A DNA stretch of 64,000 nt from Stegostoma tigrinum (Eukaryota). Under the pieces are notes generated by a model that saw only the letters and a list, made by a program, of their open reading frames with translations, made no database searches and had not been told where the DNA came from. Positions 52,732 to 64,000 of this stretch are shown here, piece after piece (the first letter of the stretch is position 1; every line of letters begins with the position of its first letter). Both the position numbers and the translations under genes were made by a program. Location of the stretch: positions 15,291,342 to 15,355,341 of the forward strand of contig NC_081391.1 of assembly GCF_030684315.1 (NCBI RefSeq), given 5' to 3'.

Positions 52732-53404
52732 GATCTCCCGATCTGAAAATCCACACAGGTGGCAAAATTAATCAAATGTTGAGTCACTGCTTGGTTCATG
52801 TTCCCTAGCAGCCGATTGGTAACAGATGAAATCAGTCTGTTCACAATCTTGCTGACTTCGAGATGAGTTTCATCCTCTGGTCAAGGAACAGGGGACTGAG
52901 TTGGATGATCAGCCATGATCATGTTGAGAGACGGAGCAGGCTTGAAGGGCCAAATGACCCACTCCTGCTCCTGTTTTCTATATTTCTATATCCTCACATT
53001 TGCACCGCCACTAAAACCTTTGGTTTTACTGTGAAACACCACCTGCCCTGATCCCTGTTTCACTCATCCGCTGTTTAAATCCTCTTTCGTGGTGTTGTTA
53101 CATTCAGCTTTGATAATCCTCCTGGAAGGTCTCCCAAATTCTATCCTCTCCAAATCTCTGCTGCCAATCTTTGAGTCGGCAACAAATCGTGTTTCCCCTA
53201 TCTCCCAACCTGTGCTCACTACATGACACTGGTTTCCAGTAAAGCAACACCTAGCTTTTAAAATTCTCAAAATTGTGTTCAAGCCCTTCCTTGGCCTAAC
53301 CACTATTGTCCCCCTCATCTTTCCACATCTTTGTAACTTTACTTCGTCCTGCATCCCTTTGTGATATCTGCTCTCCTTGTATACTGACCTTGATTGTAAG
53401 CACC

Positions 53405-53945
53405 CCCAACTGTTTCAGTTGTATCAAAGCTTGGAGTGCTTTGAGCAGTTTGGGCCTCCTTACCTCAGGAAGGATATTATTGTCAAAGAGGAATCACAAT
53501 GAGAGTTCACCGGATTTATTCCTGGGAGAGTGGGACTGTCTTTGGAAGAGAGATTGGACAAACTGGGCCTGTTTTTGGGTATTTCAAAGAAAGCAAGGGG
53601 CTTTCACTGAAATCTCCAAAATGCTCGAAGTGACAGACGGGATAGATGTTTCCCCTGTTTGGAAAATCTAGAACCATGGGACACAATTTAAACATAAGGG
53701 GGGTGCCACTTACTGAGATGAGGAGAAAGTGTTTTTACTCAGCGTGCCGCAAACCTTTGGATTTCTCTACCACAGCAGGTTGTGGAAGTTAAGTCTTTTA
53801 GCCTGATTAAGGTCGAGATTTCTCATCATTACCAGTAGTTTACAGGGTTATGGGGGTGGGTGGGGAAAAGACATTCAAGTGTCCAGTCAACCATGATTGC
53901 ACTAAATGGCAGAGCAAACTGAATGACCTACTCCTGTTCCTGTGT
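53405..53945 (+). mobile_element. Old CR1 3' fragment
   Basis: Degenerate CR1 C-terminus and 3' UTR (tctagaaccatgggacacaattt..., aatgacctactcctgttcc). Confidence 0.65.
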
Positions 53946-54639
53946 ACAATCATTCGACTGTAGGCTTTGAGTTGTTGAGGCTTCACAATCACGAATTCCC
54001 TCGCTGTTCGTCTTTGCCTCTTATAGTACTGTAGTTCTTATTCCTCTTTGAAAGAGGCTCTGAAAACTCATCTTTGACTAAGCTTTTGGTCATCTGACCT
54101 AATAACTCCTTATATGGCTCATGATTCATTTTACCCTCCTGTTAAGCACCTTCAGGCATTTCATTATGCGAAAGGTGGTCTATAAATATAAATCATGATC
54201 ATTGTTAACCACATTGTTAACTATTGTAGCCAGTAGTTAAGGGACCTACACCACACTATCACCTCCATCCCCAACACTTTGCCAAGAGCGGGGAGCTTTC
54301 CACTGCTGACTTGAGAGCCTGCAAGGTTCAGGGTTACATTATGGCTGCTTGTGACCACTTAGACAATTTACTGACTCTTGTTTGAAAGGTTTCAAGTAAC
54401 CCTCTCCCCCACCTCTAGACCACAGCTCAGTTAAACTATGATGAGACTGCCAGCTTGGATAATACAATTCAGTACTGTGTCCATGGCAACACCCATTGTG
54501 CAACAGACTAAAACACCACAGCAAATCATAAAGTCATAAAGTTTTAATTTAAACGGAGCTTTAGGGATTGACTGCAATTCATTTTGCCTTCCATTTCACC
54601 TCCTCACCCACTCCATCTTAAGTACATAATGCAGGCTAA

Positions 54640-55190
54640 AGTGACCAGCGTAGGACTGAGTGAGTGCTGCACTGGTGGGGGCAGGTGCATTGTTCAGGTG
54701 AGCTGTTAAACTGAGGCCCTAATGTCCGTCTCATATTAACATAAAAATCCTACTGTCACAATCTTGAGGAGATCTGTGGGAGTACACCCCACACCTTTAG
54801 GAAATATTATACCTTAATCAACATCACCGTTCCAAAATCCACAAACTCTACCACTTAGAAGGACAAGGGCCACAGATGCATGGGAACACCACCACCTACA
54901 TGTTCCCCTCCTATCTGAACACCTGACTTGGAAATGTATTGATCTTCCTTCAGTGTCGCTGGAGTCAAGATCCTGGTGCTCCCTCCTTTACCGTGGGAAT
55001 CCTTACAAAACCCAAGGACTGCAACATTTTTTAAAAGTAGTTGATTTTCTCCAGGGAAGTTAGAGATGGTGAATAAACAGTGACAATGCCCACATCCCAA
55101 GATTTTTTTTAAATCACAAAGAACACATGATTGGTTTGATATCATGTAGCCGTTTGTGGTATCTTGCTGTGCTGCATTTGGCTACATTAT
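54640..55190 (+). mobile_element. Deu-domain SINE remnant interrupted by another repeat fragment
   Basis: gtgctgcactg...ttaaactgaggccc...taaaaatcc...tcaacatcacc, resuming at ~55125 with gtttgtggtatcttgctgtg. Confidence 0.5.
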
Positions 55191-55662
55191 CATAAGGTAT
55201 AGGAACACAATTAGGTCATTCAGCCCATTGAGCTTGCGCCACCATTCCATCATGGCTGATATGTTTCTCGACCCCACTCTCCTGCCTCTTCCTCTCAACC
55301 TTTGGTCACTGCAACAGTGACTGTACTTCAAAAAGTGAAGCACTTTAGAAAGTCTTCAAGGCTGCTCTATAACTGCTCATTCAATATTTTTTCTTCTGTC
55401 CTGCTGATCCTGACGGCTCTCCAACATCTATTTTCACTCAAACCCTTCCATAAAAAAGGGCATTTGCTGGTCATAAGCAAGAAAATAGGTATCAACATTG
55501 ACTTCAACTGAGCAGCTACAATACTCTCTTGACATCGCACAAGTACTTTCAGGTAATGAACACCAGATGGCAGAGAAGAGCAGTCAGCACAACTGAGAGA
55601 GGGTGACAGTGATGTAGATAATTAACAGATAAAAGTTATGAAAGACCTGCACTTTCATTGTG

Positions 55663-55827
55663 AGATAACAAGATGTAGTGCTGGATGAACGCAGCAGCAT
55701 CAGAGGAGCAGGAAGGCTGACGTTTCGGTCCCAGTCCTGCTCCTCAGATGCTGCTTGGCCTGCTGTGTTCGTCCAGCTCTACACCTTGTCATCTCAGATT
55801 TTACAGCATCTGCAGTTCCTACTACCT
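55663..55827. mobile_element. Short palindromic Penelope pLTR insertion
   Basis: 16-bp TSD ctgcactttcattgtg at 55647-55662 and 55828-55843; inverted pLTR ends. Confidence 0.85.
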
Positions 55828-56814
55828 CTGCACTTTCATTGTGTCTTTCATGGCCATTTGTCTTCCTAAATTGCTTCACAGCCAATGAAGTACGTTTAAA
55901 GTATTATCTTTCAGGAAACACAACAGCTAAGCTTGGGAATAGCAGATCCCATCAACATCCACAGGATTATAAGGCATTGACTGAGAGATACTTTTCTTTA
56001 ACCAAGACTCTAGTGGTTAATACCCCAGCTCTGCCATGAAATAATACCCATGATATTATCTATGTTCCATCTGTGTGTGTATAAGGGGACCTTAGTTTAA
56101 ATCTCATTTGAAGGAGGTTAGATAAGGGCAGATGAAAATAGGCATTAGCCAGGGAAAAACAAGCATCACAAATTGAAGTAGATAATGCAAGCAAATGACA
56201 GACATGCAGATGATGGACTATACCCATTCTGCCTTAATACCTCTAAATCTTGCACAAGCAAAGATGTTCTTGGAACCACATTGCTACACTGTAACCATTA
56301 GAGGGAGCCACAGAACTGTGTAGAAAGACCTTTTAGGGTTCTCTGGTGCAGTTGTGTCTCTTCCTGTAGGCCAGGAATGCCAGGTTTAAGCTTCACCAGC
56401 TCTAGAGGATTATAATTATATTTCTGAAAAGGTCGACTTAACACTATCTAGAATGACAGCCTGAAACAAAAATGCTGGAGAAACTCAGCAGATCCGGCAG
56501 CAATTGTGGAGAGCAAAACAGAGTTAACATTTCAAGTCCAGTATGACTGTTATTCAAAACTCGAATGACTGCTTGCACTGCCTGACATGGAATATGGATT
56601 CTCAAGGCAGTGAACATTCACAATGTCTTTTACACTCAGTGATGGCTGAATGTGCACAGTATACACCTCCAGTATCAATAGTACTTCTCCGGCAACTGAG
56701 CACACACAGCACGTATCTCGCTACGAAATTTTCAAGGATCTAACAGGCAACCGGCATAGATATTGGAAATGTTTAACCCATCGTACAAGGAGAGTGGAAG
56801 CTGGAATTAACACA

Positions 56815-57625
56815 CATTGATGGATACAGAGTAGAGGAAGCTTTATTCCATACTTAACCATGTGCTGTCCCTGTCCTGGGAGTATTTGATGGTAACAGTG
56901 TATAGAGAGCTTTATTCTGTATCTGACCCTCTGCTGTACCTATCTTGAAAATGTTTGGTGAGGATAGTGTAGAGAGAGATTTATTCCATATCTAACACTA
57001 TGCTCTATCTGTCTTGGAAGTGCTTGGGTGCAGTATGGATGGAGCTTTGTGCTGTGTTCAAGCCAGTGCTGTCCCTGTCCTGGAAGTTTTTGACGGGGAC
57101 CATGCCAAGGGAACTTTGAGTTCAAAAGATTCAAAAGAGTTTTACTTTCAATTTACTTTTGGTTTAAAAGAGTAGAAGGAGCTTTCCTCTGTCTGTAACC
57201 CTGTGCTGCATCTATCCTGGGAGCATGATGGTAACAGTGCAGAGAGAGTTCTACTTTCAGATTAGACTAAAGAAGGCTTCTCTTTTCATTTACAAGAGTA
57301 GAGGAAGATTTACACTACATCTAACCCCATACTGTCATGGGAATGTTTGATGTAGACAGTGTAGAGGTGCTTTACTTTCAGTTTAAAGCAGTGGAGAGAA
57401 GTTTTGATTTCAGTTTAAGAGCATAGAGGTAACTTTCAGTTTGAAAATAGTCCCGCGAGTTTTATTTTCAGTTTAAAAAAGAGTAAAGGAAGCTTTATGC
57501 TGTATCTAACCCTCTGTACTGTACCTGACCTGGAAGAGTTTGATGAGGAACGTGTAGAGGAGGTTTTACTCTGTATCTAACCCCTATACTGTACCTGCCC
57601 TCGGACCTTTACTCTATATTTAACC
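56815..57625 (+). repeat. Degenerate ~65-bp satellite array
   Basis: Recurring unit approximately gagagctttactctgtatctaaccc-tgctgtacctgtcctgggagtgtttgatggggacagtgta. Confidence 0.8.
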
Positions 57626-58369
57626 ATGACTTGTTTTAAAATGATGGGATCTTACACAGAGTCCATTCCTATATGGCACCTGTGCTGTATTGGTGGAAAA
57701 AGTTCTCTGATTAATCTCACTTTTCCTAGCCCTGTGTTTTATTGCCTTTCAAGTGTTCAATTTCCTTCCAAAATTTACTTCTGCCGTCACTTTTTCAAGC
57801 AGCAGTGAGTTCAAGAAGCCTCTAATTCAGTTGCCATACTCTGCTAGCTCACTGAAAACGGGCTTTCCCCAGAAGAGATGTCTAGTTTCAGCTGAGAATG
57901 GTTAAGAAAGGTAATTTTAGTATTATGAATAATGGAGGGTGGGGATGGGTTGGGAAAAGGAACTCTCAAAGTCTCTAAATATGAAACCACCCTATGAGAT
58001 TTTGCAAACTTTGACACGTGGTCTGACTAACGCAGGGGACCCCCATTAAGAAAAAGTAATAAAATGAACTAATCGTTAATCGTAAATAATCAGAATTAAT
58101 TTCATCGTTTACCACTGTGACCCAGAGAATCATGGTCGCATAAAAATTTTTATTTACATCTTATAGTCTCCTGAGGAATTAGAGGTCAGCATTAACGTCC
58201 TACTTGAACTTTGTTGGGTTGTTTATCCATTTCTGATTAATCGTTGCTGTCATTGTAGTATCAGATTTCATTTCACGAGGCTGAAACCTTTCCAGCTTTC
58301 TTTGGTTTTTGCACACACGGTTCATCCCTTTTTTCTGAGGTTACAGGTTAGGTACAAAGTAAAACTGTC

Positions 58370-59065
58370 TGTATGCCTCCCTATCAAACACTCCAGGACA
58401 GGTACAGCACCGCGTAGGTGCAGAGTAATACTCTCTCTACCCTTTTAAATGGAAAATAAAGCTCCTGATACACTGTCCCCATCAAACACTCCCAAAACAG
58501 GTACAGCACAGGATTTGATGCAAGTTAAAGCTCTCTCTACTCTTTTAAATGGAAACTAAAGCTCCTGGTAAAGTATCCCCATAAAAAACTCTCAGGACAG
58601 GGACAGCATGGGGCTAAATCCACAGTAAAACTAACTCAGAGATAGCAAGAACTGCAAATGCTGGAGTTAGAGATAACACAGTGTGGAGTTGGAGGCACAC
58701 AGCAGGCCAGGCAGCATCAGAGGAGCTGGAAAGTTGATTTTTCAGATCAGGACCCTTCTTCAGAAATGGGGCTTTACTCTTTTAAATTGAAAGTAAAGTT
58801 TCATCTACTTTTGTGATCTGAAAGTAAAGCTCCCTTTCTTGTGTACCAATCAAACACTTCCAGGACAAGGAAGCAATGATTTAGTTGCACAGTAAAGCTC
58901 CATCTACCCTGTTAAAAGTGAAAATAAAGCTCCCTCTACAATGTACCCATCAAATACTCCCAGGATAAGCACAACATGAGATCAGATACAAAGTAGACCT
59001 ACCTCTGCACTGTCCCCATCAAATACTCCCAGGGTAGAGACAACATGAGGTTACATACAGAGTCT
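58370..59065 (-). repeat. The same ~65-bp satellite in the opposite orientation, interrupted by a Penelope pLTR piece (~58637-58770)
   Basis: Units ccccatcaaacactcccaggacaggtacagca...agtaaagctc are the reverse complement of the 56815-57625 unit. Confidence 0.8.
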
Positions 59066-59364
59066 AAACTGTTCTGATTTAGAACAGGATAGAAAAGCTT
59101 TCCATGACCACTGTCAGAGTGGTCTCACCAATAAAGACTTTGATACAGTTTGAGATGTAACAAAAACCGAATGAGCTTAGGTCATTACGTATACCTAATA
59201 CATGGCTGCTTCAAACTTGTCACCTCTTCCTCACTGATTTATGACTGCTCATAAAGCTCAAGACTAATAGAACATTGCAGGAAGAATCAATCATCAATGA
59301 TGGCTGTGAGGGGCCTGACATTTGAGCTACCAGGAAACTACTTTGAAATACAGCTATCTTCATA

Positions 59365-59404
59365 GCGAGTTTTGAGAAGATTTGTAGCTCAGGTTGAGGT
59401 TCTG
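59365..59404 (-). mobile_element. 40-bp Penelope terminus insertion
   Basis: Matches the element end at 24946. 13-bp TSD agctatcttcata at 59352-59364 and 59405-59417. Confidence 0.85.
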
Positions 59405-59848
59405 AGCTATCTTCATATTTATTGGCATTGTGAATGGAGTGGCTGCTTCAAATTGATCAGCTTTAACAATCACCCAAGTTACTACTTTCTAACTTTCATT
59501 CACAGTTGGTGAAAGCTTAATATTTTACTGTCTCCTGGACCTCCCAATTCCTTGATATAGTTCAAGGACTAGTTGTAACAGTCCAAGTAACCCATTGACT
59601 GTATGTGAGCCCACAGATAGCAATGGATAACTGGGCTATTCACCCATGGGAGGCAGGCCTATTACAGCCAATCCCATTTCTGCCTGGTAAGAGACTTTCC
59701 AATAGGCCGGGCCATTGGACACTGATGAGGAGCAGCAAAATCCCCCAGGTGAAAATCCACATCCTAATTGGGCCAGTAGACCCACAACTTATGTTTTTAC
59801 TAACAATATTTAAGCTTCTGGGTAATTCCAAAACGAATTGACACCTTA

Positions 59849-60051
59849 ACATCAGAGATAATAGGAACTGCTGATGCTGGAGAATCCAAGACAGCAAGGT
59901 GTAGAGCTAGATGAACCAAGCAGGCCAAGCGGCATCTTAGGAGCAGGAAAGCTGACATTTTGGGCTAATGAAGGGTCTAGGCCTGAAACGTCAGCTTTCC
60001 TGCTCCTAAGATGCTGCTTGGCCTGCTGTGTTCATCCAGCTCTTCACCTCG
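59849..60051. mobile_element. Short palindromic Penelope pLTR insertion
   Basis: TSD ttgacacctta at 59838-59848 and 60052-60062; two opposed pLTR ends. Confidence 0.8.
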
Positions 60052-63000
60052 TTGACACCTTACCATATCATGGATCACGAAAAGAGTTCGATTCCGATCC
60101 AGAAACCCTGCTGGATAACTTGGATGTGTGTGCATGTTAGTTGAGGACAGAATCAGTTTCGGCAGAGCCCCAATCAGGTTAACTAATCTTTCTGCTGATT
60201 TTCTTTTAACATCTAGATTTGATTATTTCAACTCCCTGCCGTCCACCTCCACTTTCCAACTTGATCCAAAACTCTGATGCCCCATTATCCACACGCTTCC
60301 TGCAAAAGCTCAACTCAGCCTACTTTATGAATCCTTCCATGGTGTCACTCCCTCCCTTGTCATGCCTCCAGCCCTTGGAGATCTCTGCATCCCTCCAATT
60401 CTAGCCTTTTCCTCCACATTCTAAATATAATTTTCTTTCATTTATTCTTGTGTGAGATGCGGACATTGCTGGCAAAGTTAGCATTTGTTGCAATCACGAA
60501 TTGCCCCTGAACTGAATGATGTGCCAGGGCCATTTCAGAGTGCTGTTAGGAGTCGACCACATTGTTGTTGGTCTGGAGTCACATGTAGGCCAGACAACAG
60601 ATTTGCTTCCTAACGGACATAGTGAACCAATTTTATTTTAAAACAACAATTGATAATAGTTATCACTGATGACTCAATATTAATTTAGTTTAAGTTCCCA
60701 CAAGCCATGTGGGGTTTGATCTCATGATACAAGTCTGGGTAACTGGATTATTAGGCCAGTGGCAATACCAGTATATTACCGACCTACCAGTCACGGTGTG
60801 CATTGTTTGCATTTGGACTACTAGTCCTGCATACAGGAATCCCTCCTCCAAGCCTTCTCTCTCCTCTCCCTTAAAATGCTCCTGAAAACCATCTTCTTTG
60901 ACCGAACCTGAGGTTATTCACCCCAATATCTCCCTACGTGACTCAGTGTCAAATGTTGTTTCATAACTGTGCTTCTGATGCATCCCTGGGATGTTAAAAG
61001 TAACACATTGGTACTCATGTTATTGCAGACACCATCAACAAGAGTTGGTTGAAATAGGAATTAAAATCATGTGGGAGGGATGGAATCCCTTTGTTGGGAA
61101 ATGAATGACAAGAATAGTGAAACTTTTTGATGATTGAAGAGTTCGCGAGTTATTGGACAGTTAAACAGCTGCAGTAACATCCTCAATAAGAGCTTACAGT
61201 TATAGACGTGGGTGCTGAATCCCGAGTTGGCTGATGACTGATATACTTGAATATTTATTTTATCCAGCAGCCCTTACATCTACAAACCAATGAGGTCTGG
61301 CTTTAAGCATGCACCAGCTCATAAAACAGCTATGGGTGATTCATTAATCTTCATATAGATAACTCAGTTTGCACAAAGCAGAATATTCTTGGCTTCAGAA
61401 ACATCGGCAGTGCAGACTCTCTCAGCCAGTGCTTCCACTGTCTTCAGTGCCCCTGGGCTAGGGACGGGTTAAAAACTGAGCTCGTAGTTACCGTTTTTGA
61501 TTGCAAACCAGTGAGTAATGGCTATGTGCGTGCCCATTCATGCTTCAGCTCGACAGCGAAGTATTCCACAACCGCGCACTGCATCCACACCCACTACCTC
61601 CACCACCACCACCCGGTGGCTCAGTAATCAATAGCTAGATTGAGCTTGGGTGCAAGATGCCTTGTAGTTGAATAGCCAGACTGCCACCAACTAAACCAGC
61701 CCATAATGCGGCAGACTGACGGTTCTGGTTTCGGTCCCTAGTGCACGTGTTCTCCTTGGTGTCAGAGCTGAACACCGTTAGACCAGCACTCACGCACATT
61801 CACAGTGTAGCTCAGGTCACTGACCTGAAGCTGGACCGTAGCTGCTGCTCCCCCTCCCTCACATACTTGGCATTGAGGCAAATTCTACTCCTACCCCGAC
61901 TCCAACTCCGGCTGAGATCGTTCAGACCTGACTGGAGATTAAATTCGGGGCACGTACTAATATACAAATTAGGAACAGAAGTAGGCCATTCAGCCCCTTG
62001 AGCCTGCTCTGGCAGTCAATAAAATCATTGCTGATCTGAATTCTCCGTAGTTCTGCCTGCCCCCAATAATCTTGCACTCCATTCTCTATACCACTAATGT
62101 CTTAAAAAGGTTCAAAGACTCAGTTTCCACAATATTTTGAGGAAGAGGATTCAAAAGATGCATGACCCTCTGTGAGAAAATGAAATTCTCCTCAACTCTG
62201 TTTTAAAAGATCAACCCTTATTTTGAAACCCCTGGATTTAGATTCTCCCACGGGAAGAAACAGCCTGCCCACATCCACCCTGTCAAGACCCCACTAGGAT
62301 TTTTTACATTTTCAATCAAGTGGCCTCTTACTCTAAACTCCAGAGGGCAGTCCCTGCCCTTACTACCCTGAAACCCCATCTGTAGCCGCCTGTATTGTTA
62401 CCTAACAAGTCATATTGAGAAGCATCCATAAAGGGACAGTACAGTGCAAGTGGTAGTGCTTGGCAACAAAGCTTTTTTCTTGATTTATTTTCATTAAAGT
62501 ATTTCAAGCCAGGGTGGAAGCAATTCATTCTCAATCCTGGGAGACTGCCGGATAAGAAATATATTCCTGCCAGGCAAATGAAGTAATTTTGACAGGCAAA
62601 ATTATAAGCAATTGCACAGGTTAATGAATGCAGGTTTCTGATGTGTTGGGCTACCTGATCTAATGCAAATTGGAAGCAAGGTGAGAGAATTGGCCTCTCT
62701 GCGATGGAGAACTTGAGAAAATATAACTCACGAGGGATGAATTGCAATGCATTCAAAGTTAAATAATCGCCTAACCCTCATAGCAAGCAGGATGGTCCAT
62801 GGAATGATTTGCATTTATCTAGCATTGTTCGCACAGACCTAATGCCTCAAAGCACTTTACAGCCAGTGAGGTACTTTGTGAAGTAAGGTAAATCACCATA
62901 ATCCCAGAGGACCATATATCATATCTCTCATTAGAGAGAGAGAGAGATGACTGGTGGTGGTTTAACCTGAGGGTCACCATGCCTCAGGCAAAGGGGAGAG

Positions 63001-63084
63001 ATTGACACTTCATGGTAACCTCAGCCGGTGCAGTTGGAGTCAGTTCGCTGGTTTCCAATGCGTCTGATACCAACGGCAGAGTTT

Positions 63085-63570
63085 GTGCTGCCATAGTAGC
63101 CGAGTTGCACACAGCAAGCTCCCACAAACTGGCAATAATGACCTGATAACTTGTTTGTGATGTTGATTGAGGGATAAATATCAGCTGGGACGCCGGGGAA
63201 GGAGAACATACTTTATCTTCTTTGAAACTGTGCCATGCAATGCTTCCTCTAAATTTTCTTGCAGTTGCATAGAACTCTGAGGGCCACGCGTGGCTGCAGC
63301 TGCCAGAGAAAGCAGAAGCCAATGCATCAGAACACCAATTGACAACTGTAGAGTTTCCCAGGAGTTGCATGGCTGCACAGCTTACAGCAGCATTGGTGGC
63401 ATGGTATCTTGCCACCATAGAAGATAGAAGATGCCTGGGTTTAACATCTCACAAGGAAAGAAATTGCATTCCCAATGACACAGTATCTTAGTAATATGCT
63501 AGAGAATCAGCCTTGATTTTTTAACACTTACATCATGAAGTGGGATTTGAACTGAGAGCCCTGTGCCCCA
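63085..63570 (-). mobile_element. Deu-domain SINE remnant
   Basis: cacagcaagctcccacaaac...tgatgttgattgagggataaatat...gtgccatg...gtttaacatctca, the antisense of the 54640 family. Confidence 0.55.
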
Positions 63571-63785
63571 TCAGGATTGCTCTGCACTGAGGCACCGGAT
63601 AGAACCAGTAGAATGATCAATTCCTATATTCAGAAGCTATCATTACCTTAAGGATAAGAAGACTCACCTCACCACAATGTCCAGAAGGTTAGAGTTCATT
63701 CAAGCATAACAGATGTTAAACCTGATACTACAAATTCTAATCTAACAGATACTTGTTTAAAATTAAATAAACATAAAGCACCTAC

Positions 63786-63925
63786 CTGTTTTGATCTGGT
63801 GTTACTGGGACTTCAGACTGTCTGAGTAATCAGGCTGTATGATATATTATTCCCTCACTGGTAACTGTCAGAATCACCAATCCCTGTATTTGTCCAGCTC
63901 CTGAGAGCTGCTCAGACTCTTTACT
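63786..63925 (-). other. Probable non-coding exon 1 of the adrenomedullin-family gene
   Basis: Donor ACAG|GTAGGT with the exon ending at 63786. No ATG in the exon. Inr-like CAGT lies 29 nt downstream of the CATAAAA box. Confidence 0.6.
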
Positions 63926-63975
63926 GTCTCATGCTGTGGACTGAAGGTTTTATGTTGTTGAAAGTGGGCGGGACC
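63926..63975 (-). promoter_or_regulatory. Core promoter candidate: CATAAAA box and GC box
   Basis: CATAAAA on the minus strand at 63954-63948; GGGCGG at 63966-63971. Confidence 0.55.
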
Positions 63976-64000
63976 TGAAAATCGCAAACACACACAGACA

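Overview
Vertebrate genomic DNA, very probably from a shark (elasmobranch). This is inferred from HE1-type V-SINEs with CR1/HER1 tails, Deu-domain SINEs, and abundant CR1 and Penelope-like elements. Most ORF-track hits are retroelement fragments or noise. The one host protein-coding gene I can reconstruct is a complete minus-strand adrenomedullin-family (AM5-like) prepro-hormone. Its coding exons are 52731-52646, 51860-51681 and 49444-49192, joined by two phase-2 GT-AG introns, giving 172 aa. A probable non-coding exon 1 with CATAAA and GC boxes lies at ~63925-63786. The predicted 47-aa amidated peptide has Ile where the family has a conserved ring Thr. A CpG-rich promoter at ~39330-39660 (CRE, E2F, E-box) probably starts a second minus-strand gene; I could not find its coding exons in the window. 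The remainder is nested CR1 LINEs, SINEs, satellites and many Penelope-like (GIY-YIG) insertions with 8-16 bp target-site duplications (TSDs) and minimal hammerhead-ribozyme motifs. Two of these stand out: a TSD-bounded local copy carrying 3'-transduced flank (19830-20435), and an apparently perfect 292-bp inverted repeat in an intron of the hormone gene. Repeat boundaries without a stated TSD are approximate.
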